Source: Minisyncoccota bacterium
Lineage (GTDB): Bacteria > Patescibacteriota > Minisyncoccia > Phycocordibacterales > UBA5272
NCBI GenBank assembly: GCA_018062965.1
Contig: JAGORG010000001.1
Coordinates: 7,488-71,487 of the forward strand
Length of the DNA stretch: 64,000 bases
Direction of reading: 5' to 3'
Shown here: positions 8,698 to 17,645 of the stretch, one piece after another
Layout: each line of letters starts with the position of its first letter
How positions within the stretch are numbered: the first letter of the stretch is position 1
Translations under genes and position numbers: made by a program
The notes under the pieces: generated by a model
What the model was told of the DNA's origin: nothing
Databases searched by the model: none
Seen by the model: only the letters and a program-made list of their open reading frames with translations

Positions 8698-8880
8698 ATG
8701 CTGTTACCTTTTAGTGTAAACATTCGCAACTTGAGCGAGCTGGCAAAAATGTTTGGCTTTGTCACACCGCGAGAAGTACACCCAGCGTGTGCGGGTGTCT
8801 ATCTCAAACCACAACATCAAGCACAAGCCCGTGTCAAAGAACGCCTCGATGAGGAACCCCCTTTCAATATTTTGCATTAG
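8698..8880 (+). CDS. hypothetical 60-aa protein (MLLPFSVNIRNLSELAKMFGFVTPREV...) in the same GC-rich insert
   Basis: C-terminal part of track ORF 8347..8880; upstream part is antisense to 8263..8553 so the start was moved. Confidence 0.3.
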   Translation: MLLPFSVNIRNLSELAKMFGFVTPREVHPACAGVYLKPQHQAQARVKERLDEEPPFNILH

Positions 8881-8883
8881 AAC

Positions 8884-8911
8884 AAACCCCGCATCCGCGG
8901 GGTTATTTATT
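8884..8911. terminator. bidirectional terminator AAACCCCGCatcCGCGGGGTT + T-run
   Basis: GC hairpin between convergent genes. Confidence 0.7.
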
Positions 8912-9140
8912 CGTATGCAACAGCCCTTTTTAGTCGATCTTCTAGCTTTCTCCCAAGCATTCTTTTTGCATCACCTTCACCGCACAGAATGACTTCGTCG
9001 TTTCCAATTTTTGGAACAATCACATCCAGGATTTCGTTGATCACACGAGTCATGTCTTTTTCAATAGCAAAACGACCAAATGGAATCATGTCGTTATCAA
9101 ACACAGTGTAGTCATCATGAATACAAATATGATGTTTCAT
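8907..9140 (-). CDS. hypothetical protein (77 aa)
   Basis: ORF only. Confidence 0.35.
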   Translation of the reverse strand: MKHHICIHDDYTVFDNDMIPFGRFAIEKDMTRVINEILDVIVPKIGNDEVILCGEGDAKRMLGRKLEDRLKRAVAYE

Positions 9141-9142
9141 GA

Positions 9143-9814
9143 TTATAGTATACCTTGCACTTTGAGAAGTATGTACAGAGCGATGAGTCCACCAACTGCA
9201 TATGTCACTCGCTTTGTGTGCTTCAAAATATAATGACGGGCCTCATCTCCAAAGTGATACGAAAAGTACGCGACAATCCCGACTCTAATAAGTCTTCCAC
9301 AAAAGAATGATACGACAACCACGAGGAATGGTAATGCAAAAACCCCTGAAAGAAATGCAAATATTCTATCCGGAAGAGGTGTGAACGCAGCGAGGAAGAT
9401 TGTTACAAAAGCATTCCCTGTTACTACACGTTCTGCATATTGTGCAATGAGTGATGTATCAAAAACATTTGTAAACCATGCCTGGTTAAGTGCGTACACA
9501 TATTTACCAAGAAGATACAAACTAGTGGCGCCAAGCGCTGACCCTGCCGCAGAAATAATACTCAGGAGTTTCCATGAAATATCTTTGCGGTATGAGAGCA
9601 CCGCAGCAACCACAAGCTCAGGCAAGAGTGGTGAGATAGTTGTCTCAAGAAATGCAACAACAAAAATACCTGTTCGTATCCATGTGCGCGTAGCTACATA
9701 TTTTACCCATTTATCTATTCTGTGAACTCCTTGATTAACGAAGTTTTGTTCCATTGGTAAGAGTTTTGGTTGGATTAAGAAGGGCAAGTCCGTGTTCTTC
9801 GTCACTTCCTGCAA
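9143..9814 (-). CDS. polytopic membrane protein, DedA/SNARE-associated-like
   Basis: multiple TM helices; start probably internal (MEQNF...) because of overlap with upstream gene. Confidence 0.4.
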   Translation of the reverse strand: MQEVTKNTDLPFLIQPKLLPMEQNFVNQGVHRIDKWVKYVATRTWIRTGIFVVAFLETTISPLLPELVVAAVLSYRKDISWKLLSIISAAGSALGATSLYLLGKYVYALNQAWFTNVFDTSLIAQYAERVVTGNAFVTIFLAAFTPLPDRIFAFLSGVFALPFLVVVVSFFCGRLIRVGIVAYFSYHFGDEARHYILKHTKRVTYAVGGLIALYILLKVQGIL

Positions 9815-10097
9815 GGATCATCCCTTGAGACTCCAGTCCACGCAACATACGTGGAGCGAGATTGGTGATAAAAGGAAACTGTTTGTTGAGAAGATCATCC
9901 GCCGTCACAAACTCACGTATTCCGGAAAGTATCTGGCGGGGTTTTTCTTCACCAAGATCAACTTGTAGTACATAGAGTTTGTCAGCACCTTCTACGACAT
10001 CAACAGAAATAACAGTTCCAAGTCGTATTTCAACTTTTGCAAAATCATCGATAGTAACATAACTCTTCTCTTCTTTGGCGGGTATTGTTTCTTCCAT
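9735..10097 (-). CDS. tRNA-binding domain protein (CsaA/EMAP-II-like)
   Basis: FAKVEIRLGTVISVDVVEGADKLYVLQVDLGEEKPRQILSGI ... GLESQGMILA matches OB-fold tRNA-binding domain. Confidence 0.7.
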   Translation of the reverse strand: MEETIPAKEEKSYVTIDDFAKVEIRLGTVISVDVVEGADKLYVLQVDLGEEKPRQILSGIREFVTADDLLNKQFPFITNLAPRMLRGLESQGMILAGSDEEHGLALLNPTKTLTNGTKLR

Positions 10098-10106
10098 ATA
10101 CAGATA

Positions 10107-10562
10107 CTACCAAGAGTCAGGTGTGCTGTCACTGTCATCCCCTTCTTCGTATGTTTCTTCAGAAGCTACTCCTGGGCCATTTATTTTGTCCAAGTGACGC
10201 TGAAGAACGATGGCAGCCGCTTGGTCATCCACTTCATGACTTCCTTCTTTACCTGGTTGCTTGCGTGCTTCTACAGTTGAGTACCACTCTTTTTCAAAAG
10301 CGATACGTACATCAACTACCTGTTCCAAAGAAAGGCCGAACTTGCGAGCTTCCTTTGCTATTGGATTTAGCTTTCCGTGACCGTCAACACTTTCACCGAT
10401 AACTACATCTGTTATTTTCATCGCGCGAATAAGTTCAACTGTATCTCCGAGTAGCGCATCGTCGTTTGGAGAAATCATAAGCGGAAACGCCAACCGTCCT
10501 TCATCATCAGACTGTGCAAACCCAACTTTTTTAGATCCGTAATCTATTCCAAGATATTTCAT
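10107..10562 (-). CDS. yqgF: YqgF/RuvX-like putative Holliday junction resolvase / pre-16S rRNA nuclease with acidic tail
   Basis: MKYLGIDYGSKKVGFAQSDDEG... Confidence 0.7.
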   Translation of the reverse strand: MKYLGIDYGSKKVGFAQSDDEGRLAFPLMISPNDDALLGDTVELIRAMKITDVVIGESVDGHGKLNPIAKEARKFGLSLEQVVDVRIAFEKEWYSTVEARKQPGKEGSHEVDDQAAAIVLQRHLDKINGPGVASEETYEEGDDSDSTPDSW

Positions 10563-10620
10563 ATAAAGCAGTATATAGTCAGTAGTTGGTAGTTACTAGT
10601 GGAGAAATGAAATATATAAA

Positions 10621-10647
10621 ACACCGGGCAAAAATGCTCGGTGTTTT
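10621..10647 (-). terminator. terminator hairpin ACACCGggcaaaaatgctCGGTGT + T-run, 3' of element R1 on minus strand
   Basis: hairpin flanked by A-run and T-run. Confidence 0.6.
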
Positions 10648-10653
10648 ATATGT

Positions 10654-10760
10654 TGGCGGAGCGTCTCGTGTTAGAACCGTGGTCGGTTAAGACCTGTAAG
10701 GACAGTTTACTACATTTTAAAATAACTGAATCGACCCGTCTCGAGCACTAGCAAAATGAG
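10654..10760 (-). other. R1: degenerate tRNA-3'-half-like remnant (minus-strand sense ...GGTTCTAACACGAGACGCTCCGCCA) ending in CTCCGCCA immediately before a terminator
   Basis: Resembles T-loop/acceptor/CCA of class II tRNA (compare tRNA-Ser 27237-27324) but no cloverleaf can be drawn; shares GGCGGAG and TTAGAACC blocks with R2. Confidence 0.4.
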
Positions 10761-10828
10761 ACAAAGTGAGACACGAAAAGTACTATTTTAATGTCTCACT
10801 TTAATTACAAAAAGTGACAAAAGTGACA
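10756..10828. repeat. short direct/inverted repeats GTGAGACA x2, TGTCTCAC, GTGACAAAAGTGACAC upstream of serine recombinase 2
   Basis: read directly; candidate recombinase or regulator binding sites. Confidence 0.4.
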
Positions 10829-11005
10829 CTTTTTTCACTATAAAATTACAGTCATCTGTAACTTTTTTTCATACATAATCATACATATCAGACTATATAA
10901 GATTAATCATTATCAATACCTGTAAAGCTTTTTTGTTATCACAATGTCGCTTTTTTTAATTTTGCATAGACTATGCAAGGATTATGGTTCTGTCATTAAT
11001 ATATA

Positions 11006-12325
11006 ATGGAAGCACAATCAAATGTTGGACTAATCGGCACTATGGCGGTTATCCCAACAACAAAAATTAAATACGTTTTGTATTCAAGAAAGAGTACTGA
11101 ATCAGAAGAAAGACAAATACTTTCAATTGATTCACAAATTAATGAAATGTTATCTTTAGCTGAAAAAGAAAGCTTAGAAATAGTCGATATTCGTAGAGAA
11201 TCACACAGTGCTAAAGAATCAGGTCAACGACCAGTATTTAAGGAAATATTGGAAGATATACGTAGAGGTAGATATAACGGAATACTTACGTGGGCACCAG
11301 ATAGACTAAGTAGAAATGCAGGCGACCTAGGGTCGCTTGTTGATTTAATGGATCAGAAAAAATTGATACATATTCAAACTCATGGACAAACATTTTCTAA
11401 TTCTCCTAATGAAAAGTTTTTGTTAATGATTCTCTGTTCTCAAGCTAAATTAGAAAATGATAACAAAAGTATTAACGTTAAACGAGGACTTAAAACGAGA
11501 GTCGAAATGGGACTATGGCCATGCCCTGCTCCTACTGGTTATCAGAAAGAAAAAAGGACTGATCGCAAATGCGAAACTCTCATTGATCCTGAACAAGCTC
11601 CAACTATTAAGAAAATGTTTGAGAAAGTAGCATATGAACACTGGAGTGGTAGAAAGATATACAACTGGTTAAAGTTTGATCTTAACTTTAGAACATCATA
11701 TGGTAAGAAACATCTTAGTTTAGGTAATATCTATAAAATACTAGATAATACATTTTATTATGGAGTGTTTGAATATCCAAAAAACTCTGGTAACTGGTAT
11801 ACAGGAAAACACGAGCCAATAGTAACTAAAGAACTGTTTGATTTAGTCCAAAAACAAATCAAGAGTAATATTTTAAGAGTAGAAAACAAGGAATTCGCTT
11901 TTACAAAACTTATGACATGTGGACTATGTGGTAGTGGTATATCTGCCGATGAAAAGTTTAAGAAATTAAAAGATGGTGGAGCTAATAGACATGTGTATTA
12001 CGGATGTACCAAAGCAAGAGATCAAAATTGTAAATGTGGATATATCAATGAAGAAGATTTAATTGAGCAACTACAAAAACTAGTTGATCGTATCGATATA
12101 AATGAAATAGCGATGAAGGATAAAATCAAGGAAGAAGTTGAACGAATCAAAGGATTTCAAAAAGCCATGTTTGATATCAAAGAAAAAATTGATGTCAAAG
12201 ACGTAGATATACGAAACTATGTTAAGCACATTTTGAGAACTGGCAAAGAATCAGAGAAAAGAGAAATAATCGGATGTTTTAAGAGTAACCTTCTTTTGAA
12301 GAACAAGAAGGTTACGTTAGAGTAA
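11006..12325 (+). CDS. large serine recombinase paralog 2 (439 aa)
   Basis: YVLYSRKSTESEERQILSIDSQINEM ... ILTWAPDRLSRN catalytic domain; Cys cluster CGLCGSG...YYGCTK. Confidence 0.85.
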   Translation: MEAQSNVGLIGTMAVIPTTKIKYVLYSRKSTESEERQILSIDSQINEMLSLAEKESLEIVDIRRESHSAKESGQRPVFKEILEDIRRGRYNGILTWAPDRLSRNAGDLGSLVDLMDQKKLIHIQTHGQTFSNSPNEKFLLMILCSQAKLENDNKSINVKRGLKTRVEMGLWPCPAPTGYQKEKRTDRKCETLIDPEQAPTIKKMFEKVAYEHWSGRKIYNWLKFDLNFRTSYGKKHLSLGNIYKILDNTFYYGVFEYPKNSGNWYTGKHEPIVTKELFDLVQKQIKSNILRVENKEFAFTKLMTCGLCGSGISADEKFKKLKDGGANRHVYYGCTKARDQNCKCGYINEEDLIEQLQKLVDRIDINEIAMKDKIKEEVERIKGFQKAMFDIKEKIDVKDVDIRNYVKHILRTGKESEKREIIGCFKSNLLLKNKKVTLE

Positions 12326-12369
12326 AAATCTGATTAATTATAACTTTACAGATTCGATACAATCTAAAA

Positions 12370-12933
12370 TTATAACTCTATAATTTTATCTGAAAATACA
12401 TAGATAATTTTTGTATCTTCATACTGAGTGACAAGATGTTCATCATTCGGATATGTATGCCCATGCAACAGATACTTTGGTTTTTGAACTTCAAGATATG
12501 TGCGTAACGCCTTAAATCCTTGATGAGCTATTTCCTCAGGCTCATCATTTATTTTATATGGAGGACAGTGAGTAAGCATAACATCTACTTTTGGAAAATC
12601 ATGGAGCAAGGTGAACGCTTCATCTTGAGTATACATAGGTGCATACTTATCATCTTTATATCGTACTGAGCCTTCAAAGCCACCAAATACCATTCCCTTG
12701 TATTCAAAAGTGCTTAAGTGCATATTCTTGATACCAAGTTCATCAAAATAACTTCCTGAACAGTGATTCCCGTATACTCCAATTTTTGGAATATCGTGTA
12801 TATCTTTTAATTCTACTAACGAAAAATAATCCAGATCACCGAGCGTACAAATAAGATCAATATTTGGTTCTTTTTGTAGAATGGTACGTATACTTTCTTT
12901 TGGTGCCCTGTCTGCGATAGCTAAAATTTTCAC
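12370..12933 (-). CDS. calcineurin-like metallophosphoesterase (YfcE/MJ0936 type)
   Basis: GDLDY, GNHC, HGHTY motifs. Confidence 0.65.
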   Translation of the reverse strand: MKILAIADRAPKESIRTILQKEPNIDLICTLGDLDYFSLVELKDIHDIPKIGVYGNHCSGSYFDELGIKNMHLSTFEYKGMVFGGFEGSVRYKDDKYAPMYTQDEAFTLLHDFPKVDVMLTHCPPYKINDEPEEIAHQGFKALRTYLEVQKPKYLLHGHTYPNDEHLVTQYEDTKIIYVFSDKIIEL

Positions 12934-12944
12934 AGTAATCTTAC

Positions 12945-13613
12945 TTAGCTGATTGGTTCAAATTCTTTGTATTCATATGGTTTAAGATTTTCAAATAGCG
13001 CGGGGTCAACATTATAGATAGAAGCAACGTGTTTACTTTCGAAAGGAGAAATATTAAATATAATATTTCTACAAGTACGCAAAAGAGTGTCACCTAACTC
13101 TTCTGAAACCTGCCCCATATATTGATGAACAATGGTTAATGATATATTTAAATCTTTTGAATCTGATAAAAGCTGTTGTATTTTTTTAGAATCAAACATA
13201 TAAACTTCATCTATAAAGATAAAATAATCAGCAAAAAGTTCTTTATTATTTAATATTACATCAAGCAACAAGTTACAGATACGTGTAGCTCTTGCTTCAC
13301 CAATTTGATCCTTAGCTATTATGATTTTAGCACTACTATTTTTTTGTAAAAATTCCTTAACCATCTTCTCAAGATCTTCATACCCAAAAGTATCATCATT
13401 AGGATTGTTTGTAAGAATGAAAACTGAATTTGCGGGTGGTTTAATAACTAAACTTGGAGCTTCAGGAAAAGTGTCTACGTTATACCAATCAATATAAAAA
13501 ACCTTCTTGCCTTCTTTAAAAAGAGTAGATGCTTGATTTGAAACAAAAAAAGTTTTACCAGAACCTGCCCTCCCTATAATATGAGTATTAAAATTTGTTG
13601 AGTTCATATACAA
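12945..13613 (-). CDS. P-loop NTPase (Zot-like/AAA-type, 222 aa)
   Basis: Walker A IIGRAGSGKTFF, Walker B IFIDEVY. Confidence 0.6.
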   Translation of the reverse strand: MYMNSTNFNTHIIGRAGSGKTFFVSNQASTLFKEGKKVFYIDWYNVDTFPEAPSLVIKPPANSVFILTNNPNDDTFGYEDLEKMVKEFLQKNSSAKIIIAKDQIGEARATRICNLLLDVILNNKELFADYFIFIDEVYMFDSKKIQQLLSDSKDLNISLTIVHQYMGQVSEELGDTLLRTCRNIIFNISPFESKHVASIYNVDPALFENLKPYEYKEFEPIS

Positions 13614-13685
13614 AATATAATACCATTTTCTAAAAAATATTTGAAATGCACAGGTGCGAAAAATATGATTAATATTTTTCGTAAA

Positions 13686-14639
13686 TTATTTTACATATTT
13701 TTGTAAGAATTTTAGTCCAGTCGCATCAGTATATTTCTCAATATCAAGCTCTCGAGAAAACAAGTCTGCGAGCTTTCTCTTCTCTTCTTGAGACACCTCG
13801 TTTATTTTAGGGATATTAATTGACTGGGGTTTGATATCCTTATATTCCTCAATGAATCTTTTTATTTCTTCTCCTCCATCTGTAAACAAACTTTCATCGA
13901 GTATAGACTGACCATCATAAGAAGCCCTTACTAAAGCGTTAAATACTTGGTCTTCTGGCACTCGAGAGAACGTAGCTATTTTGTTTACCAAAATATCAAT
14001 AAGAACTCTTCCAATATCGTATGTTTTATAATATCCTTCCTGAGCTAAGTGCGTATTGCCTGACCTTTTTAGATACTCATCTAAAACCATGTCAGCAATT
14101 TTCTCAACTAAACCTTCGTTAAAAGCTGTTAACACTGTTTCAAAATCACCACCTTCTTCGCTATATCTCTCTCTGCTTATACCTGAAAATCCCGTAGTAA
14201 CTTTATGTTCACCAACGTCTATGGCTTCCGTTTGCTCATTTTGTTGTGTTATATGTACTTGCTCATGCACTAAAAGTTTAAGGATAAGCAATCTCTTTCT
14301 CATCTTTTCTTTTAAAAGAGGCAGGACAAACTTGTAGTTCACTGGATTAAAACGAAGGAAACTTCTTTCCTTTTCTTCTCCTGATTCATCTGCTTCAAAT
14401 TCCGTTCCCGCACATGCGGCATAATAAAATACGTCATAAAAAAATTCTATATCTTCTCTGCCGACAAACTTCATCTGACTAACATCAAGACCACACTTTC
14501 TGTATATTTCCTCAAATACTCCTCGAAGTAAATCAAAATCAACCTTGTCCAAGTCTTGTTCAATTCTCTCCTTAGAGCCTTCAAAAACAGCTTCTTTTAT
14601 TTTCCCGTGAACTGATTCTTGTGATGGTAGCTTTTCCAT
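13686..14639 (-). CDS. hypothetical protein with HExxH motif (LLVHEQVHITQ), possible Zn-metallopeptidase
   Basis: motif only. Confidence 0.4.
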   Translation of the reverse strand: MEKLPSQESVHGKIKEAVFEGSKERIEQDLDKVDFDLLRGVFEEIYRKCGLDVSQMKFVGREDIEFFYDVFYYAACAGTEFEADESGEEKERSFLRFNPVNYKFVLPLLKEKMRKRLLILKLLVHEQVHITQQNEQTEAIDVGEHKVTTGFSGISRERYSEEGGDFETVLTAFNEGLVEKIADMVLDEYLKRSGNTHLAQEGYYKTYDIGRVLIDILVNKIATFSRVPEDQVFNALVRASYDGQSILDESLFTDGGEEIKRFIEEYKDIKPQSINIPKINEVSQEEKRKLADLFSRELDIEKYTDATGLKFLQKYVK

Positions 14640-14651
14640 AAAAATTAATAC

Positions 14652-16058
14652 TTAACGATCAAGATAATCTTGAACTCTAAATTTTCGTGATCTTAATCTT
14701 TGCGATGCTAAATCAAGATTATCTATAAGGCGGACAAGAGTATGTATATGAGGCTCTGCTTTATCTCCATATGTATCACGAAGTTTCTTACCAAAAGAAA
14801 CCATATCTTGGGCAACATTAGATAAACTGTCATCCAATCTTCCGAGACTATCTACATCCTCACTGAGCCGCGACTCTTGAGACACACCAAACTCTGACAT
14901 CGCTTCTGCAGCTTTATTAATATCTTTTCGCAAAGCTTCATCTAGTTTTTGATTGTCTCTTATTCTAGCTAACGCACTTGCATATTGAGATGCGGCTGAT
15001 TGCTGTAAAAGATAATTTAAACCATCCCTCTCCCTTTCTTCTAGTTTTTGAAGTAATCTTACATTTGACTCAATAACATCTTCAAAAGATTTTTTAATCT
15101 CTGGGCTAAAAACAGGCTCACTTTGTTCTATCTGTTCTAAAGATTCAACCTTTTGGTTCGTTGTATTTTCTTGTAGAACAGCACCTTCGTCTACAGAAGG
15201 AATCCCTACTTCATCCTGTGTGTCCATTGTTGAAGGAACAGCTACTTCAACAGCTTTAGGTGTATCATCTTTCTTTTCTTGAACTTTTTCTGGTTGCTCG
15301 CTTAGCATGTTTTCACCTGCATCTATTCTCGCTAATTCCGCATCTTGTTGTTGTTTTTCTGCGCGTTCTCGAATCTTTTCTTCTGCTGTTTTTAAAAATC
15401 CAGGTTTCTTTTGAAGTATATCTAAGTTAGTTACGCTGTCTTGCACAATAGAAGGATTTGGCTCAACTACCCCTTCTTCAATCTTCTCTTGGTCTTTGGG
15501 TAATTCAAAAACTGAATCGTTTGCAGGCGCCTTATTTATATAACTTGATCTCTCTTCGCTCGCTACAGGTTTAACAACTGAATATTTAGCGTCCAATGCT
15601 TTAATCCTATCAGTTGCTTCATCTTCTGTTTCTAGCCGTAAAGAATCCACTTCGCTAGATGGAGTTAATTTATCTTGCTGATGTGGTTGATTGTTAATTT
15701 CAACACTGCTAGCTTCATTACCAACAGGCTCTACAACGTTTAGTTTTTGTTGGACAGGAATTTTTACGCCATCTTGCTGAGCGACAGCTTTCTTTCCATA
15801 TGTATTGCGTATGAAATCAACAGCGGTCCCCATTTCTTCCATAGATAATCCTGCTTGCTTAGCTTCACCTAGTCTCTTTGCAAAAGAAGGATCATTAGCA
15901 AAATCAACCACACTTGCATTAGTTCCATTTTTTGCCTGAAAATCCCAATAAGAAAATTTGAGATCTTTTTTTAATTGATTAACTAGGGAGTTACTTTCCA
16001 CATGTGAAATAGGATTGTCATTTTTCTTCTCTTGACTAGACATTTCAGGGCTTTTCAT
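14652..16058 (-). CDS. hypothetical acidic, coiled-coil-rich protein (468 aa)
   Basis: E/D/Q-rich, no motif. Confidence 0.45.
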   Translation of the reverse strand: MKSPEMSSQEKKNDNPISHVESNSLVNQLKKDLKFSYWDFQAKNGTNASVVDFANDPSFAKRLGEAKQAGLSMEEMGTAVDFIRNTYGKKAVAQQDGVKIPVQQKLNVVEPVGNEASSVEINNQPHQQDKLTPSSEVDSLRLETEDEATDRIKALDAKYSVVKPVASEERSSYINKAPANDSVFELPKDQEKIEEGVVEPNPSIVQDSVTNLDILQKKPGFLKTAEEKIRERAEKQQQDAELARIDAGENMLSEQPEKVQEKKDDTPKAVEVAVPSTMDTQDEVGIPSVDEGAVLQENTTNQKVESLEQIEQSEPVFSPEIKKSFEDVIESNVRLLQKLEERERDGLNYLLQQSAASQYASALARIRDNQKLDEALRKDINKAAEAMSEFGVSQESRLSEDVDSLGRLDDSLSNVAQDMVSFGKKLRDTYGDKAEPHIHTLVRLIDNLDLASQRLRSRKFRVQDYLDR

Positions 16059-16187
16059 AACAAAATTTTAACATAATTATTATGATAAGGTTACCAACAC
16101 ACTACAACTAGAACGCTCTTGATACTTACATTGATTTACATTACCAATGAAAACGTTTTTATAAATAAGATACCTGCTAAAAAGCAA

Positions 16188-16221
16188 AGCACGAGATATG
16201 TTGTACAACACATCTCGTGCT
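16188..16221 (-). terminator. long near-perfect palindrome AGCACGAGATATGTTGTACAACACATCTCGTGCT followed by T-run on minus strand (3' of R2)
   Basis: 17-bp stem. Confidence 0.6.
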
Positions 16222-16227
16222 AGCTGT

Positions 16228-16325
16228 CAATGGCGGAGGGTGGTAGACGAGATTAGAACCTATTGGGCTATCCCGTCCAATTACTTTTATGTCCCTAGCT
16301 TATCAGCAGAGACAGCGAACATCCA
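16228..16325 (-). other. R2: second tRNA-3'-half-like remnant (minus-strand ...GGTTCTAATCTCGTCTACCACCCTCCGCCA)
   Basis: same organisation as R1 (CTCCGCCA + terminator), about 100 nt between stop of 16326..16934 and the hairpin. Confidence 0.4.
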
Positions 16326-16934
16326 TTAAGATTTGCCATTCGACTTGGCCAATTTGCCCTTGTAGCGCTCTATACGCTTTTCCCAATCTCCACCCCACTT
16401 TTGGGCCAAAGCCGCCTCACAGAGCCGAATAGCGTCCTCTAGGCGGCCTTCTTTCTCCCGGATAATGGCAAGGTCCATATAGCCGACATGGGACGGTAAC
16501 TCTTGGTCACCGTACTCTTTCTTAAAGGCCTCGGCCGCTTCCGCGCTTATGGCTATCTGTTGCTCACATGCCTTGGTCGCCCGGTCCAAAGCGAAACTAT
16601 CCACGTCCCGGAAACGGTAATAAATATCTTTTTTGTTTTGATACAGGAAATGACGGTCGAGGACCGGAGCGCTTGCCTCCAACGCCTCCGCTTTTTCCAA
16701 TAGCTTGTAGGCAATGTTTCGGTCTTGCTCGGTCTTGAGCCACCCGGCCATAGTGGAGAGATAGCCGGTGGCGGAGCCACTCATTGAAAGAATGTCGCCC
16801 TCTACCACTCCACCGGGACCGTACACGGCAAGTATTCTTTTCCTCTCGGTATCACTAAAGACCGTGAGCCACCAATCGGAGAGGCCGTAGTATTTTATTG
16901 CGCCGCTTGGTTTTTTCGCAAAGAAAGAGAACAT
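16326..16934 (-). CDS. hypothetical protein (202 aa), helical/TPR-like
   Basis: ORF, roughly 50% GC. Confidence 0.45.
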   Translation of the reverse strand: MFSFFAKKPSGAIKYYGLSDWWLTVFSDTERKRILAVYGPGGVVEGDILSMSGSATGYLSTMAGWLKTEQDRNIAYKLLEKAEALEASAPVLDRHFLYQNKKDIYYRFRDVDSFALDRATKACEQQIAISAEAAEAFKKEYGDQELPSHVGYMDLAIIREKEGRLEDAIRLCEAALAQKWGGDWEKRIERYKGKLAKSNGKS

Positions 16935-16938
16935 AAAA

Positions 16939-17643
16939 TTAGCGAATAAACTTCACTTGGATACCGACTACTCCATACTTGGCTTCCTCGTCTTTTGAAT
17001 AATATTTGTATATACCCATGAGGTCGTCTTTGTTTATGCCACCAAACATAGTTGCTGGAAACGCGTCAAAGAGTTGAGAAAATGTTGGATAGTGAAATAA
17101 GTTGGTTATCTTAACTCGAATGATTTGCTCCGGGTCGCTCATTGCCGAAAACTCTATTTCGTCGCCGACGTTAAGAAGCTGTCTTTTCTCATCATTCAAG
17201 CGAACCTCAATGGTTTTAGAGCCGTCCTTTATCTTTCCAAAAGGATTGGGTTGGAGTTTCATTTTGTGAACGTAAACATTCCCGGCTTTCCCGTATGCTT
17301 CCATTTCGTATTTATTTTTCCTATATCCATTACGTGCCGTTTCAAGTTGGTATAAAAATGGGTGAATAAGCGGCTCTCTCATACTTTGTGCAACGTGCAC
17401 GAGTTCATGTTCCAAGTCGTTATCCAACGCATTGGGACTTATCAAAACCATATTTCCTAAAGCCATTGCTCGCGCACCTTTTTGATTTGGTAACCACCAA
17501 TACCACCAAAAACTTTTAACGTGAACCACTAATGCAAAAGGTGTATAAGAAAAAGAGAATTGTTTAGGAATGGAAACAAGCGCACCGCAAAAGCCAAGTA
17601 TGGTCCAAGGAAGATTTAAGATAATTGATAAGAATGTCCACAT
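16939..17643 (-). CDS. membrane-anchored HExxH (HELVH) metallopeptidase-like domain fused to C-terminal ASCH (PUA-like) domain
   Basis: LEHELVHVAQ; GKIKDGSKTIEVRLNDEKRQLLNVGDEIEF resembles ASCH GxKxxExR. Confidence 0.45.
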   Translation of the reverse strand: MWTFLSIILNLPWTILGFCGALVSIPKQFSFSYTPFALVVHVKSFWWYWWLPNQKGARAMALGNMVLISPNALDNDLEHELVHVAQSMREPLIHPFLYQLETARNGYRKNKYEMEAYGKAGNVYVHKMKLQPNPFGKIKDGSKTIEVRLNDEKRQLLNVGDEIEFSAMSDPEQIIRVKITNLFHYPTFSQLFDAFPATMFGGINKDDLMGIYKYYSKDEEAKYGVVGIQVKFIR

Positions 17644-17645
17644 GG

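Noticed and set aside
8347-8880. 177-aa plus-strand ORF
   Set aside because: Its first two-thirds is antisense to the better-supported 8263..8553 gene and has no protein-like character. Only the C-terminal 60 codons (8698..8880) are kept, as a low-confidence gene.
10654-10760. R1/R2 as tmRNA or functional tRNA
   Set aside because: About 100 nt is far too short for tmRNA. There is no 5' acceptor partner for CTCCGCC. T-stem pairing is absent.
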